This document shows positions 54,161 to 62,850 of a stretch of 64,000 nucleotides of DNA, one piece after another. The first letter of the stretch is position 1; every line of letters begins with the position of its first letter. This stretch comes from a virus (lineage: Duplodnaviria; Heunggongvirae; Uroviricota; Caudoviricetes): IMG/VR virus record IMGVR_UViG_3300029914_000004. One strand, 5' to 3'. Position numbers and translations under genes: made by a program. The notes beneath the pieces were generated by a model that made no database searches, was not told where the DNA came from, and saw only the letters and a list, made by a program, of their open reading frames with translations.

Positions 54161-54517
54161 TCAAGCTTTTTCTATACCTGGATCGCTATTTCTTATTCCC
54201 AAAATACATTTTGGGTCTACTCTTCGGACTGTAATATTTAAATCTTCTATATCAATTCCCCTAGACCATCTACCATGCTCAATTAAAATCCACTGTTCTG
54301 AAACGATATCTTTTTGATCTGGGCCAACTGCATATACTTTTGCCCAACGAGGATGGATTCCTCGTTCTTTCTTATCGTCATCTAAAATAATAATGCCAGC
54401 CGAAGTGACAGTTTCTCCAAAATACATATCATAAACCAATACATCTTTATGCAATGGTATGAGTTGTTTGGCTGAAATTACTGGACGGATTTCTTCCTGT
54501 TTCATTTCTATATCCAT
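54161..54517 (-). CDS. GroES-like co-chaperonin (T4 gp31-like)
   Basis: LIPLHKDVLV...TSAGIIIL...KVYAVGP fits the GroES beta-barrel pattern (P.-.RVLV...T.GGI.L....VVAVG). Confidence 0.45.
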   Translation of the reverse strand: MDIEMKQEEIRPVISAKQLIPLHKDVLVYDMYFGETVTSAGIIILDDDKKERGIHPRWAKVYAVGPDQKDIVSEQWILIEHGRWSRGIDIEDLNITVRRVDPKCILGIRNSDPGIEKA

Positions 54518-54519
54518 TA

Positions 54520-54768
54520 CTATTCTCCTTTAGACTTTTTCAATTTGGTAGTTTGTTTTTCATCCACTTTTTCGGTAACTGTTACTGGAGAAAGGGATGG
54601 AACCACAGCTTTTAATTTAGCTGGCTCATTAACTATAATATTTTTCAATTCAAGTTTGGTTGATGTTCTTGCTCTTACATTTTTAATTAGAGTAGCTTTT
54701 TTCTGAGAAGTTTTCAAACCTTCCATGTCTAATTTTTTACCTGTTGCTGTAATTGTATATTGTGTCAT
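54520..54768 (-). CDS. small basic protein
   Basis: 82 aa, K/T-rich. Confidence 0.4.
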   Translation of the reverse strand: MTQYTITATGKKLDMEGLKTSQKKATLIKNVRARTSTKLELKNIIVNEPAKLKAVVPSLSPVTVTEKVDEKQTTKLKKSKGE

Positions 54769-54777
54769 TGTTTTCTC

Positions 54778-55299
54778 CTAATTTCTTAAAAATTCATTTA
54801 TGTCCAATTGATAATACAAACTATCAACTTTGTGTATGTCGAGGAGAAAAAGACAATAGCTACTACAACTTGATCCGCGCCCCACTCCCCAAACTATATT
54901 ATTTTCTTTAGCCACATCTCTTAAATATTTTAAATAACGAAGCAGATTAATTAAATTAAACTTCTTATATAAATTTAATTCCAATTCAACTCGCTCTTTT
55001 TCATTTGTATTTTTACATTTATCTAATAAATATTTTTCAATATCTAATTTTTTATATTCGTTAGGCATCAACCAATTACTTTGCAAAGTTGCAATATATT
55101 CTTCTTTAGATACAGAGTTATCTTTACTATCCCAATTATTTGTTTTTGGCATTGGTATGAAAGTATCTTGCTCAGCTTTAGAATATTGGTCATAGTCAAT
55201 AATAAACACGTTGCTATAATCCAAAGCAGGATTTTTTCTAAGAGCTTCTATTATTTCCTCCTGAAAAAATCCCATTCTGCCATATGAGTCAGTTATCAT
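54778..55299 (-). CDS. protein carrying a DnaE (Pol III alpha) palm-like segment
   Basis: GVGRGSSCSSYCLFLLDIHKVDSLYYQLDINEFLRN resembles DnaE [35 protein letters not shown]; the protein ends there. Confidence 0.4.
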   Translation of the reverse strand: MITDSYGRMGFFQEEIIEALRKNPALDYSNVFIIDYDQYSKAEQDTFIPMPKTNNWDSKDNSVSKEEYIATLQSNWLMPNEYKKLDIEKYLLDKCKNTNEKERVELELNLYKKFNLINLLRYLKYLRDVAKENNIVWGVGRGSSCSSYCLFLLDIHKVDSLYYQLDINEFLRN

Positions 55300-55925
55300 T
55301 ATTTTTCCTCTGGATCATCTGATTTTATATCTTTCCCGCCTTCTAAAATAAAAATTGATGGAATTTTTCTATCAGCAGGAAAAACAATTTCAGTGCCATC
55401 TTCATCCACTTTCCATGCCAAATCCAAGTCTTTCCAAGTAATATTATTCTCTTCTAAAATACTATTAGTCGATATGTCAGATCTATCCCACCACTGTTCT
55501 TTATCATTTTCTAAATTATCAAAATCACTGAAATCATCTATAGTATATATTATATTATCTGAGTCTTTACTGCTAATTGTTATAGTATCTACTTCAAATT
55601 TACCTTCAGTAATTGCTGTGATTTTATGAAACAATATAAAACCAATTACTTGATCATATGGGTCTTCAGGAAGAATTATAAAATGATTGTTTCCTAATAG
55701 TTGCTTAATAGCCAATAAATTTGGATTTTTATAATTAATAAAAATACTATTATTAAATATTTCTTTGATTAAAAATAAAATTCGTTGAAATGCAACATTT
55801 TGCTCATAACTATCGTCTGTGGCAGTAATTACATTAATCTGCAAATTAAATGTATTTGGAAACATTTTTCTTTCGTCTATGACAATGGCAACAAAATCAA
55901 TATCATAACTTAGTTTAACATTCAT
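55299..55925 (-). CDS. hypothetical acidic protein (possible sliding-clamp-like by position and size)
   Basis: 208 aa; MKLS-like N-terminus and acidic C-terminus. Confidence 0.3.
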   Translation of the reverse strand: MNVKLSYDIDFVAIVIDERKMFPNTFNLQINVITATDDSYEQNVAFQRILFLIKEIFNNSIFINYKNPNLLAIKQLLGNNHFIILPEDPYDQVIGFILFHKITAITEGKFEVDTITISSKDSDNIIYTIDDFSDFDNLENDKEQWWDRSDISTNSILEENNITWKDLDLAWKVDEDGTEIVFPADRKIPSIFILEGGKDIKSDDPEEK

Positions 55926-55929
55926 TATA

Positions 55930-56211
55930 TCATCCTATATTAATGGGACTATCTTCATTATTTTCAATATTTTTATTGCGTTTTTTAAAATGTTCTGTTA
56001 ATTTTTTATCTAATCTAAGTTCTTGTTCATATTTATACTGCTCTAAGATATCCCTGGCTTGCATAGATAAATTCATATTAGTTGAATATAATATTCTTTG
56101 CAATTTTACGATTTTTTGTTCCAATTCTTCATCGTTTAATTTTTCAAATTCTTTATTAATCATTTTTACCTCCCTATTTTCTATCAGTTGACCCAAAGCC
56201 GCCTGAACCAC
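55930..56211 (-). CDS. hypothetical coiled-coil protein
   Basis: 93-aa ORF. Confidence 0.4.
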   Translation of the reverse strand: MVQAALGQLIENREVKMINKEFEKLNDEELEQKIVKLQRILYSTNMNLSMQARDILEQYKYEQELRLDKKLTEHFKKRNKNIENNEDSPINIG

Positions 56212-57469
56212 GACTACTTTCTTCTAAAGATTCAACTTCTATAACTTCGCCACAATGAATTGCAGGAATTGGAATTAATTGAGCAAGTTTGCAAGGTAAC
56301 TGAATATCTGGCATATCTTTATTAACCTTTCTCAAAGCCACAATTATATTTCCTACATAAGAACGATCAATTATACCAAGTTCATTAGCAAAAGTATAGC
56401 CAGTTTTTGACATGGAACTTCTTGGTGCCATCATTAGCCAATATCCATATGATATTTGTGCTTTTATACCAGTATCATAATATTCAACATCACCCAGTTG
56501 TTTAATTTTTGAAAGCAATGTTAAATCATATCCAGAATCGCTTGGATTGGCTTTTGATGGCAAAATTGCATCTTGACAAGTTTTGACACATTTAAATTGA
56601 ATATTATTACTATGAGTTCCTGAACCGCTCAATCCAGGGACCCATAATTTCCATTGAAAATAAAGTTCATATTTTCTTTCTAAATAATAGTTTGCATTAT
56701 CATACATTTTCCCCAAAACATCTAATGCATTGTTTCCATCCCATTCCAATATTGATCTTTTTGCAGCATTCCTTCCAGGAATATTTATAAATGAAAATAT
56801 ATCTTCCCTAAATTTTGGAGAGCTTGAAGCTATATTAATTGTGGGATAAGAAAATCCATGAGATTGTTTATTCCATGGTCTATTTACAGAACCATCCCCA
56901 TCAAACACTCCTCGTATAAATGCCCAACCCAAAAAATTATTATAATAAATACTTTTGGGAAATTGAACTGTAAATGATTTTGCTCCAGGAGGAATTTCTA
57001 AATGTTTGCAAATATCTTTAACAATTTTTCCAGAGCAAAATCTAAATGTTTTCATAGGACGTGATTTATGTAATTTGGCAGCAAAATTTATTCCTAATAT
57101 TTTATTAAAAGAATTAAATATTTTAGTATCTTTATTATGAATTTCAATAGCTATTTCTCCATTTTTATTAATAGCTCCATAACTTGCAATCCATCCCAAT
57201 AGATACGCTTTCCCTTCTGAATCAATTTCATTAAAAAAATTATCATCTAATAAATATTTGCAATTTGGATTGTTTCTTCCAGAATGTTTTAATTGCCTTG
57301 AACAATTCAAGCATATATCTTTTCCATTATTATTCTCTCGGCAAATCATCCCAGTTCTATAATCTGATTTATAAATATTTTTACATTTTTCGCTTAATTT
57401 AATATCGCACTCTACTATTATTTTTCTATGAGATTTTTCAGAAAATCCAGTAACATCATTTAAAAACAT
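56174..57469 (-). CDS. dut: dUTPase fused to an N-terminal Zn-finger/LAGLIDADG-like module
   Basis: C-terminal 150 aa carry all five dUTPase motifs (SDSGYDL, PRSSMS, GIIDRSYVGN, KLAQLIP, RGSGGFGSTD); N-terminal 280 aa carry CxxC pairs and two LAGLIDADG-like motifs (YLLGWIASYG, FLGWAFIRGVFDGDGS). Confidence 0.65.
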   Translation of the reverse strand: MFLNDVTGFSEKSHRKIIVECDIKLSEKCKNIYKSDYRTGMICRENNNGKDICLNCSRQLKHSGRNNPNCKYLLDDNFFNEIDSEGKAYLLGWIASYGAINKNGEIAIEIHNKDTKIFNSFNKILGINFAAKLHKSRPMKTFRFCSGKIVKDICKHLEIPPGAKSFTVQFPKSIYYNNFLGWAFIRGVFDGDGSVNRPWNKQSHGFSYPTINIASSSPKFREDIFSFINIPGRNAAKRSILEWDGNNALDVLGKMYDNANYYLERKYELYFQWKLWVPGLSGSGTHSNNIQFKCVKTCQDAILPSKANPSDSGYDLTLLSKIKQLGDVEYYDTGIKAQISYGYWLMMAPRSSMSKTGYTFANELGIIDRSYVGNIIVALRKVNKDMPDIQLPCKLAQLIPIPAIHCGEVIEVESLEESSRGSGGFGSTDRK

Positions 57470-57553
57470 TATTTCTCCAACATTATTTAATTTGTAGGAA
57501 TATTTCTCCTATCTATACATTAATTATATATAGAAGAAATAATAATGTCAAGA

Positions 57554-58330
57554 TTAAAAAGTTGATGCAGCAAGTCTTTTCCAAATTTCTGTTGCTCCAT
57601 TATAATTAGCAATACATATATAAATGTAAGTAGCATCATACGCAATCATCCCAGCCGTATCACCAACTGCTCCTAGGCTTGATACTGGAGTATATGCTTT
57701 AGCAACAGCACTATTATCTTTAACAGATAATAACCAATTAATTCCATCAATACTTCCCAAAGTAAGTTCATATGGAATATTAACAGAGGATAAAGTAAAT
57801 ATATTTGTAACTGAATTATAACCAGCAACATTATTAGCAAAAATATTTCCTGATACTGACAAATTATTTAAACTAATAAATTGCGGAGCAGATGTTGTTG
57901 ACGCGCCAATAACTATTTCTGAATATCCAAGATTTGGAAAATTTACAGGATTAACAACAATAGTAGTTCCAGATCCTTCAATATCAACATTATGATAGTA
58001 ACCTTGAGTAAAATCAAATGCTATCGTTCCTGATGTTGATATTGTGCCATGATTTAATACTCCATAGCCAAAATCTGTTATACCAACATTATTAATTGGA
58101 GAACCTGCAAAATTATTAATATTTGAATTTGAACCATATGTTAAAGGGGCTGATACAATTACTTTATTAAGTAAATCATTAATTTCATTTTCAGTTTCAA
58201 TAAAATTATTTTGAATTCCAAGAAAATTTGATCTAAATCCTTGCGTTGATTGGTTAACCCCAGCCACAGGATAGGCAGAGTCGATATTATATGGATTTAT
58301 TTGACTTGACATAGTTAACTCCTCAAACAC
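57554..58330 (-). CDS. tail-fibre-like protein
   Basis: N/G/S/T-rich, beta-rich composition; adjacent to the large fibre gene. Confidence 0.5.
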   Translation of the reverse strand: MFEELTMSSQINPYNIDSAYPVAGVNQSTQGFRSNFLGIQNNFIETENEINDLLNKVIVSAPLTYGSNSNINNFAGSPINNVGITDFGYGVLNHGTISTSGTIAFDFTQGYYHNVDIEGSGTTIVVNPVNFPNLGYSEIVIGASTTSAPQFISLNNLSVSGNIFANNVAGYNSVTNIFTLSSVNIPYELTLGSIDGINWLLSVKDNSAVAKAYTPVSSLGAVGDTAGMIAYDATYIYICIANYNGATEIWKRLAASTF

Positions 58331-60977
58331 TAATGATACTTTGATTTACAAAAGTTGAATTTTTAAATTTTAAATAAATGCTATTTTCATCTGGATATAA
58401 AAAGTTATTTTCATTAATATATCCATAGTTCCAAATATATCTATCTGTTTCTGCTTTAATTGTATTTAAAGCTGGACCAGTTGAATTATAATATTTCTGA
58501 AGATAGAATAAGATTCGTTTTCCACAACCAGGATTAACATAAACTAAAGGTATTGCTGGTATAAACCCAATTACATTATTATCTGGCTGCACATCTCTCA
58601 TCCATGTTGGGAGAAAGTTATTATCTACTGCTCCCAATGTTTCTGCAATTTGATTCATCATATTGGGAAGAGTTGCTGGATATAATTCCAATTGATTATT
58701 ATTACTAACCTTATATATATAAGAATCAGCCATATATAAATTAGAATCAACTGTTATTTCTGGTGCAAAAATAGCTGGATATATATTTCCTTGATATGTA
58801 GCTCCATTAATATCTGTAAATTCATCAATTGGTTGTATATAAATTACTTCATAATTATCTGTTGTACTTCGAGCCCACTTTAAATTATTCAATAAGAATG
58901 TTTTATTATGATGATATTTGGCAATAGTGACGATAACATTTTCTGGTAATACTGGAGGGATTCCATATGCTATTAACATTCTCATGGTTTGTTGTTTCCC
59001 AAAATAAAAATCACCGTCTCTATAAATATCTAAATTTGAAATTATTGATTGATTACTAATTGGACTAAACAAAGTATTATAATCGTTATCAGATAATAAA
59101 AATTCCAATGATAAATTGGTCTGCGGGACAATTGATTCTGAGTTATTTACTATGAGAGAAAAATTCTGAGTTGATTGTACTAATGTCTGAAAATCTTCTA
59201 TAACTACATTTCCTGGCCCTGGAATATCTGGTTCAGTATAATTAATTTCTTTATTTGTCCCAATTGATGCTGTAACAGCAAAATTATATATGTTTGATGA
59301 TGAATATGCATTTGCTAATCCAACAATCAAACCATTAGATAAAAATTCAAGTCCAAGCGGCAATGTTCCATTTGATAAATTATAGCTAATGGGATTGGTT
59401 GGTTTAATAACTGTTGATCCATTTATTGTTACTTCTGGGATTTCTTGATAATTGTTGCCAGTTAAAGTTACAATTGCTTTTGATATTGAATTATTAAAAA
59501 TAATAGCATTTGCTTGCGCTTGAACTGTTTCGCCAGTATAACTAAATCCAATGGTGGCAGAATCACAAAATCTTCCGCTATTAATAATGTTTATATTATC
59601 TACACCAAAATCTAAATTAAATAATGCATTGTATCCATTTGAATTTTCCCACGCAATATTATTCAATATTGGGAGTTCTGTATATTCTTGCACTCCTGAT
59701 TTAATAATAATATTTGTTATCACACCAGAATTTACCCCGCTAATTATAATGTTAGCTGGATAAGTAAATTTTCCTCCTGGTATATTTAAATATTCTCCAA
59801 TACTAAAATTATTCCCTCCATTCACTATTTCTGCGCCGACTAATTTCAAAGTCGCAGAGGCAGTTGGATTTATTGTTGGTGGGATTATAAACGGATCTAT
59901 AATTTCTGCATTAATTCGTAATGTGCTAGGAATTCCAGCAGTAATATTACTTAATTGTGTTTGTGTTTTCCATTGAATGCTTTTTTCTAATGGCGATTGA
60001 ATTGTAAAAGTAACAGGCATTATTGTTTGATATGGATTTATATTTGGACCAGATAATGGTTCAGTTATTGATTTGTACGCCCTAATATCAAAAGTATATG
60101 GCAAAACTAAATCGTCATTCAAATTAATATATCCTGTTAGCCATCCAGTATTGGAATTTAAACTGACATTTCCAGGAATAGCATTTCCATTGATAAGTTG
60201 ATATTTTACCAAATCATTTTCAAAATCTTCAGTGATAAATTGATAGTAAATAGAATCACCACAAATATTGCCCAAATTAATATTCGCTGAATTTGGATTT
60301 TGATAAAAGTTAGCATCGATGAAAATTGGCGCATGATAAACTGGCCTCAACACGTTTGCGTTGGAATTAGCATATAAATCAGCCCGCATAACGGTCATTG
60401 AATAATTAGATGTTATATTGGCATCATAACCAACCATAAAAGAAAATGATTTGGTGTTTGCGCTATTGTAACCATTAGCAGTAGGTGTAGTATAAAGATT
60501 ATTTGGATTTATGTAACCAGAAATCATACCAATAGAATCTATTGATAAATTGCCAGGCAATACTCCTGAAATTATGGAAATATTGCCATTAAATAGAGAA
60601 ATAGGAGCAACATTAGCAAACATCCAAAATCCATCTGGAAAAATTCCAAGATTACTATTTGGAAATATGTTCCCTGTTTCATCATCATTAACTATTAATG
60701 AAAAAGTCCTGTCATCAATGCCAACATTACTTATTGCTCTAATAGTAAACGAATATTCTTTTGAATTTTCATTTGTTGGAACTATTCCGTATATAGATGG
60801 ATATGGAAGAGTTTGATTATTTCCTGGTGCTGATAATGTCAACCCATTAGGTAATTCTCCAGAAATAACAGAATATTTTATTAATGGATATGTTGTTTGA
60901 TATTGCAACGAAATATTTGCTAACTCTCCTCTATCTAAGTTAGCCAATAAACCAGAAGATGTTATCCATGAAGACAT
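58323..60977 (-). CDS. large tail-fibre/baseplate-distal structural protein (884 aa)
   Basis: Length; N/G/S/T/I-rich low-complexity beta-type repeats typical of phage fibres. Confidence 0.55.
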   Translation of the reverse strand: MSSWITSSGLLANLDRGELANISLQYQTTYPLIKYSVISGELPNGLTLSAPGNNQTLPYPSIYGIVPTNENSKEYSFTIRAISNVGIDDRTFSLIVNDDETGNIFPNSNLGIFPDGFWMFANVAPISLFNGNISIISGVLPGNLSIDSIGMISGYINPNNLYTTPTANGYNSANTKSFSFMVGYDANITSNYSMTVMRADLYANSNANVLRPVYHAPIFIDANFYQNPNSANINLGNICGDSIYYQFITEDFENDLVKYQLINGNAIPGNVSLNSNTGWLTGYINLNDDLVLPYTFDIRAYKSITEPLSGPNINPYQTIMPVTFTIQSPLEKSIQWKTQTQLSNITAGIPSTLRINAEIIDPFIIPPTINPTASATLKLVGAEIVNGGNNFSIGEYLNIPGGKFTYPANIIISGVNSGVITNIIIKSGVQEYTELPILNNIAWENSNGYNALFNLDFGVDNINIINSGRFCDSATIGFSYTGETVQAQANAIIFNNSISKAIVTLTGNNYQEIPEVTINGSTVIKPTNPISYNLSNGTLPLGLEFLSNGLIVGLANAYSSSNIYNFAVTASIGTNKEINYTEPDIPGPGNVVIEDFQTLVQSTQNFSLIVNNSESIVPQTNLSLEFLLSDNDYNTLFSPISNQSIISNLDIYRDGDFYFGKQQTMRMLIAYGIPPVLPENVIVTIAKYHHNKTFLLNNLKWARSTTDNYEVIYIQPIDEFTDINGATYQGNIYPAIFAPEITVDSNLYMADSYIYKVSNNNQLELYPATLPNMMNQIAETLGAVDNNFLPTWMRDVQPDNNVIGFIPAIPLVYVNPGCGKRILFYLQKYYNSTGPALNTIKAETDRYIWNYGYINENNFLYPDENSIYLKFKNSTFVNQSIISV

Positions 60978-60978
60978 T

Positions 60979-61527
60979 TTAATTACCGCTAGTTACTAAT
61001 GGAGTTGTTCCATAAAATATATTTGAAATATTTGCATATAAAAATTTTTGAGTGCTATATGTGTTGGGAGAAGTATTAACATTTCCGATTGAAATATTTC
61101 CTGCTCCTGCAAAATTATTTGGCCAAGACCAGCTAAAATTTCCTGTAACCCCTTGTTCAATTAAAAAAGTATATTCTATTCCATCAACACCATTAATTGC
61201 AATACTTGATGATACATTACTAGTTAATGTAATAAATTGTTTATTACTAATAGAAAGATCAATTACAGGATGAGCATTAGCCATTGTATAATTTATTGGC
61301 TGGATACTTGAAAATGTTCCCCAAAATGTAGCTCCATTTCCATAAGAAATCAAACCTTGATCAAGTGTGCCGACTCCACTAGGAAATGAAAAAGCTACAT
61401 TTGCTAAATTGCCATTGCCTGATACATTAGCAAAATTAGCATTAATTTTTTGAAATGCTGTGCGTAAATTATCGCCAGTTCCATCATTAGCAAATTCACC
61501 AACAGCTATAGGTATATATCCAGACAT
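60979..61527 (-). CDS. tail-fibre-like protein
   Basis: G/N/S/T-rich; heads the fibre operon. Confidence 0.5.
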   Translation of the reverse strand: MSGYIPIAVGEFANDGTGDNLRTAFQKINANFANVSGNGNLANVAFSFPSGVGTLDQGLISYGNGATFWGTFSSIQPINYTMANAHPVIDLSISNKQFITLTSNVSSSIAINGVDGIEYTFLIEQGVTGNFSWSWPNNFAGAGNISIGNVNTSPNTYSTQKFLYANISNIFYGTTPLVTSGN

Positions 61528-61555
61528 GTAGAAGTTCCTCTAATATATTTATGCA

Positions 61556-61590
61556 AAAAGCAATGGCTGCATTATGCAGCCATTGCTTTT
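61556..61590. terminator. bidirectional rho-independent terminator
   Basis: AAAAGCAATGGCTGCAT-TATGCAGCCATTGCTTTT. Confidence 0.8.
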
Positions 61591-61657
61591 ATAAGAATAA
61601 TTTTTCTGCTAATAGTCTTTTAGTTTCTTTCCAAGCTGTTTTCCACGACTGACCGAT

Positions 61658-61849
61658 TTATTGCATTAATAAGTATTCAAGGTCTGCTTGAATACCTTCC
61701 CATGCATCTTTCCACTCCCAATATGGACTGTATCCAACTCCGAATTTATAAGAGTCATCAGCCAATCCAATAACTGATACTACTCCAGGTTTTATTATAG
61801 TGCATTTGGCGCTGGGATATACTGCTAGAACTTTTTCTCGGTAATTCAT
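61658..61849 (-). CDS. EKLSE-family-like small protein (..WKDAWEGIQADLEYLLMQ)
   Basis: Conserved core KVLAVYPSAK similar to 47038..47671. Confidence 0.4.
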   Translation of the reverse strand: MNYREKVLAVYPSAKCTIIKPGVVSVIGLADDSYKFGVGYSPYWEWKDAWEGIQADLEYLLMQ

Positions 61850-61851
61850 AG

Positions 61852-62067
61852 TTAGAAACGATAAACTATTCTTGCCTTCTCAAGAGAATATGGAGACAAT
61901 TCTAACTGAACATTATCTCCTGGTTCAATTCTAATATTATTTTTTCGTAATCGACCACCAAGATAAGCAAGGACAATCTGCCCTCCTGGAATTTCAACTT
62001 CCCAAATTGTATTTGGTAATGCTTTTACTACTTTTCCTTTAATACTAACTTGATCTGCTTGTGCCAT
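61852..62067 (-). CDS. infA: translation initiation factor IF-1
   Basis: 71 aa; near-collinear with E. coli InfA (GKVVKALPNTIWEVEIPGGQIVLAYLGGRLRKNNIRIEPGDNVQLELSPYSLEKARIVYR compared with [60 protein letters not shown]). Confidence 0.85.
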   Translation of the reverse strand: MAQADQVSIKGKVVKALPNTIWEVEIPGGQIVLAYLGGRLRKNNIRIEPGDNVQLELSPYSLEKARIVYRF

Positions 62068-62083
62068 ATTCTCCTTTCTTATT

Positions 62084-62302
62084 TTACTTATTTAGTTTAT
62101 TTATTAATTGATTATTTACAACTTTTTTTGCCCAAATCCAAGCTGTTTTCTCATTTACAAAACTAACCGCTAAAATATTTCTACAATTATAAATCTCATA
62201 TCTAAGTGATACATTTTTATTTTTTACAATTCTCATTTTGGCTTCTGGGATTACAGACAAAACAAATTGTTTGTCTATTGAATCGAAAACTTCTTTTTTC
62301 AT
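62084..62302 (-). CDS. EKLSE-family-like small protein (..INKLNK)
   Basis: 72-aa ORF. Confidence 0.4.
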   Translation of the reverse strand: MKKEVFDSIDKQFVLSVIPEAKMRIVKNKNVSLRYEIYNCRNILAVSFVNEKTAWIWAKKVVNNQLINKLNK

Positions 62303-62411
62303 GGTTCAAATTTCTCCTAAAAATTTTCTACATTTCAAAAGACCAGCTCCAAAGTATATACGTCTCTTGCAAAGTACTCCTAAATATATTGTTTTACAAA
62401 CTGTTCGCCGG

Positions 62412-62560
62412 TCATGATAACAATTTTATAACTACTTTCGCTTCTGTCATTGAATTAAAAATACCAACTAATGTGTCAGATCGATTCCAAGACGATTCAT
62501 AAACTTTAACTTTTAACCACAAAAATCCACAACGATAATAATTATATTTTCGAGTCATTG
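62412..62560 (-). CDS. small protein (MTRKYNYY...; C-terminus TEAKVVIKLLS)
   Basis: Internal Met chosen to avoid overlap with 62597..62848; in the frame of ORF 62412..62654. Confidence 0.3.
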
Positions 62561-62596
62561 TGTATCTAAATAATTCTGCATCGTGTGTTGTTTTAA

Positions 62597-62848
62597 TTAT
62601 GATTCCAACTTTCTCATCAACTCTTCTTCGATGTGTTGTCTCGACCACATCCATGCATAATACTCAGCTTCAATTCCAGAATTATCCCACTTGGTTTTAT
62701 TCAAAATTTCTTGCACGTCATCATTTCCAGTTGCGTAAATAGCACCATCACAAAATTCTGCGTTTGGATAAATCGATTGCACGAATTGCTTATGATTTTC
62801 CATTGCTGGAATCATCCAAGTTTTCATAAATGATTTATCCAAACGCAT
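62597..62848 (-). CDS. EKLSE-family small protein (..HIEEELMRKLES)
   Basis: 83-aa ORF. Confidence 0.45.
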   Translation of the reverse strand: MRLDKSFMKTWMIPAMENHKQFVQSIYPNAEFCDGAIYATGNDDVQEILNKTKWDNSGIEAEYYAWMWSRQHIEEELMRKLES

Positions 62849-62850
62849 AG

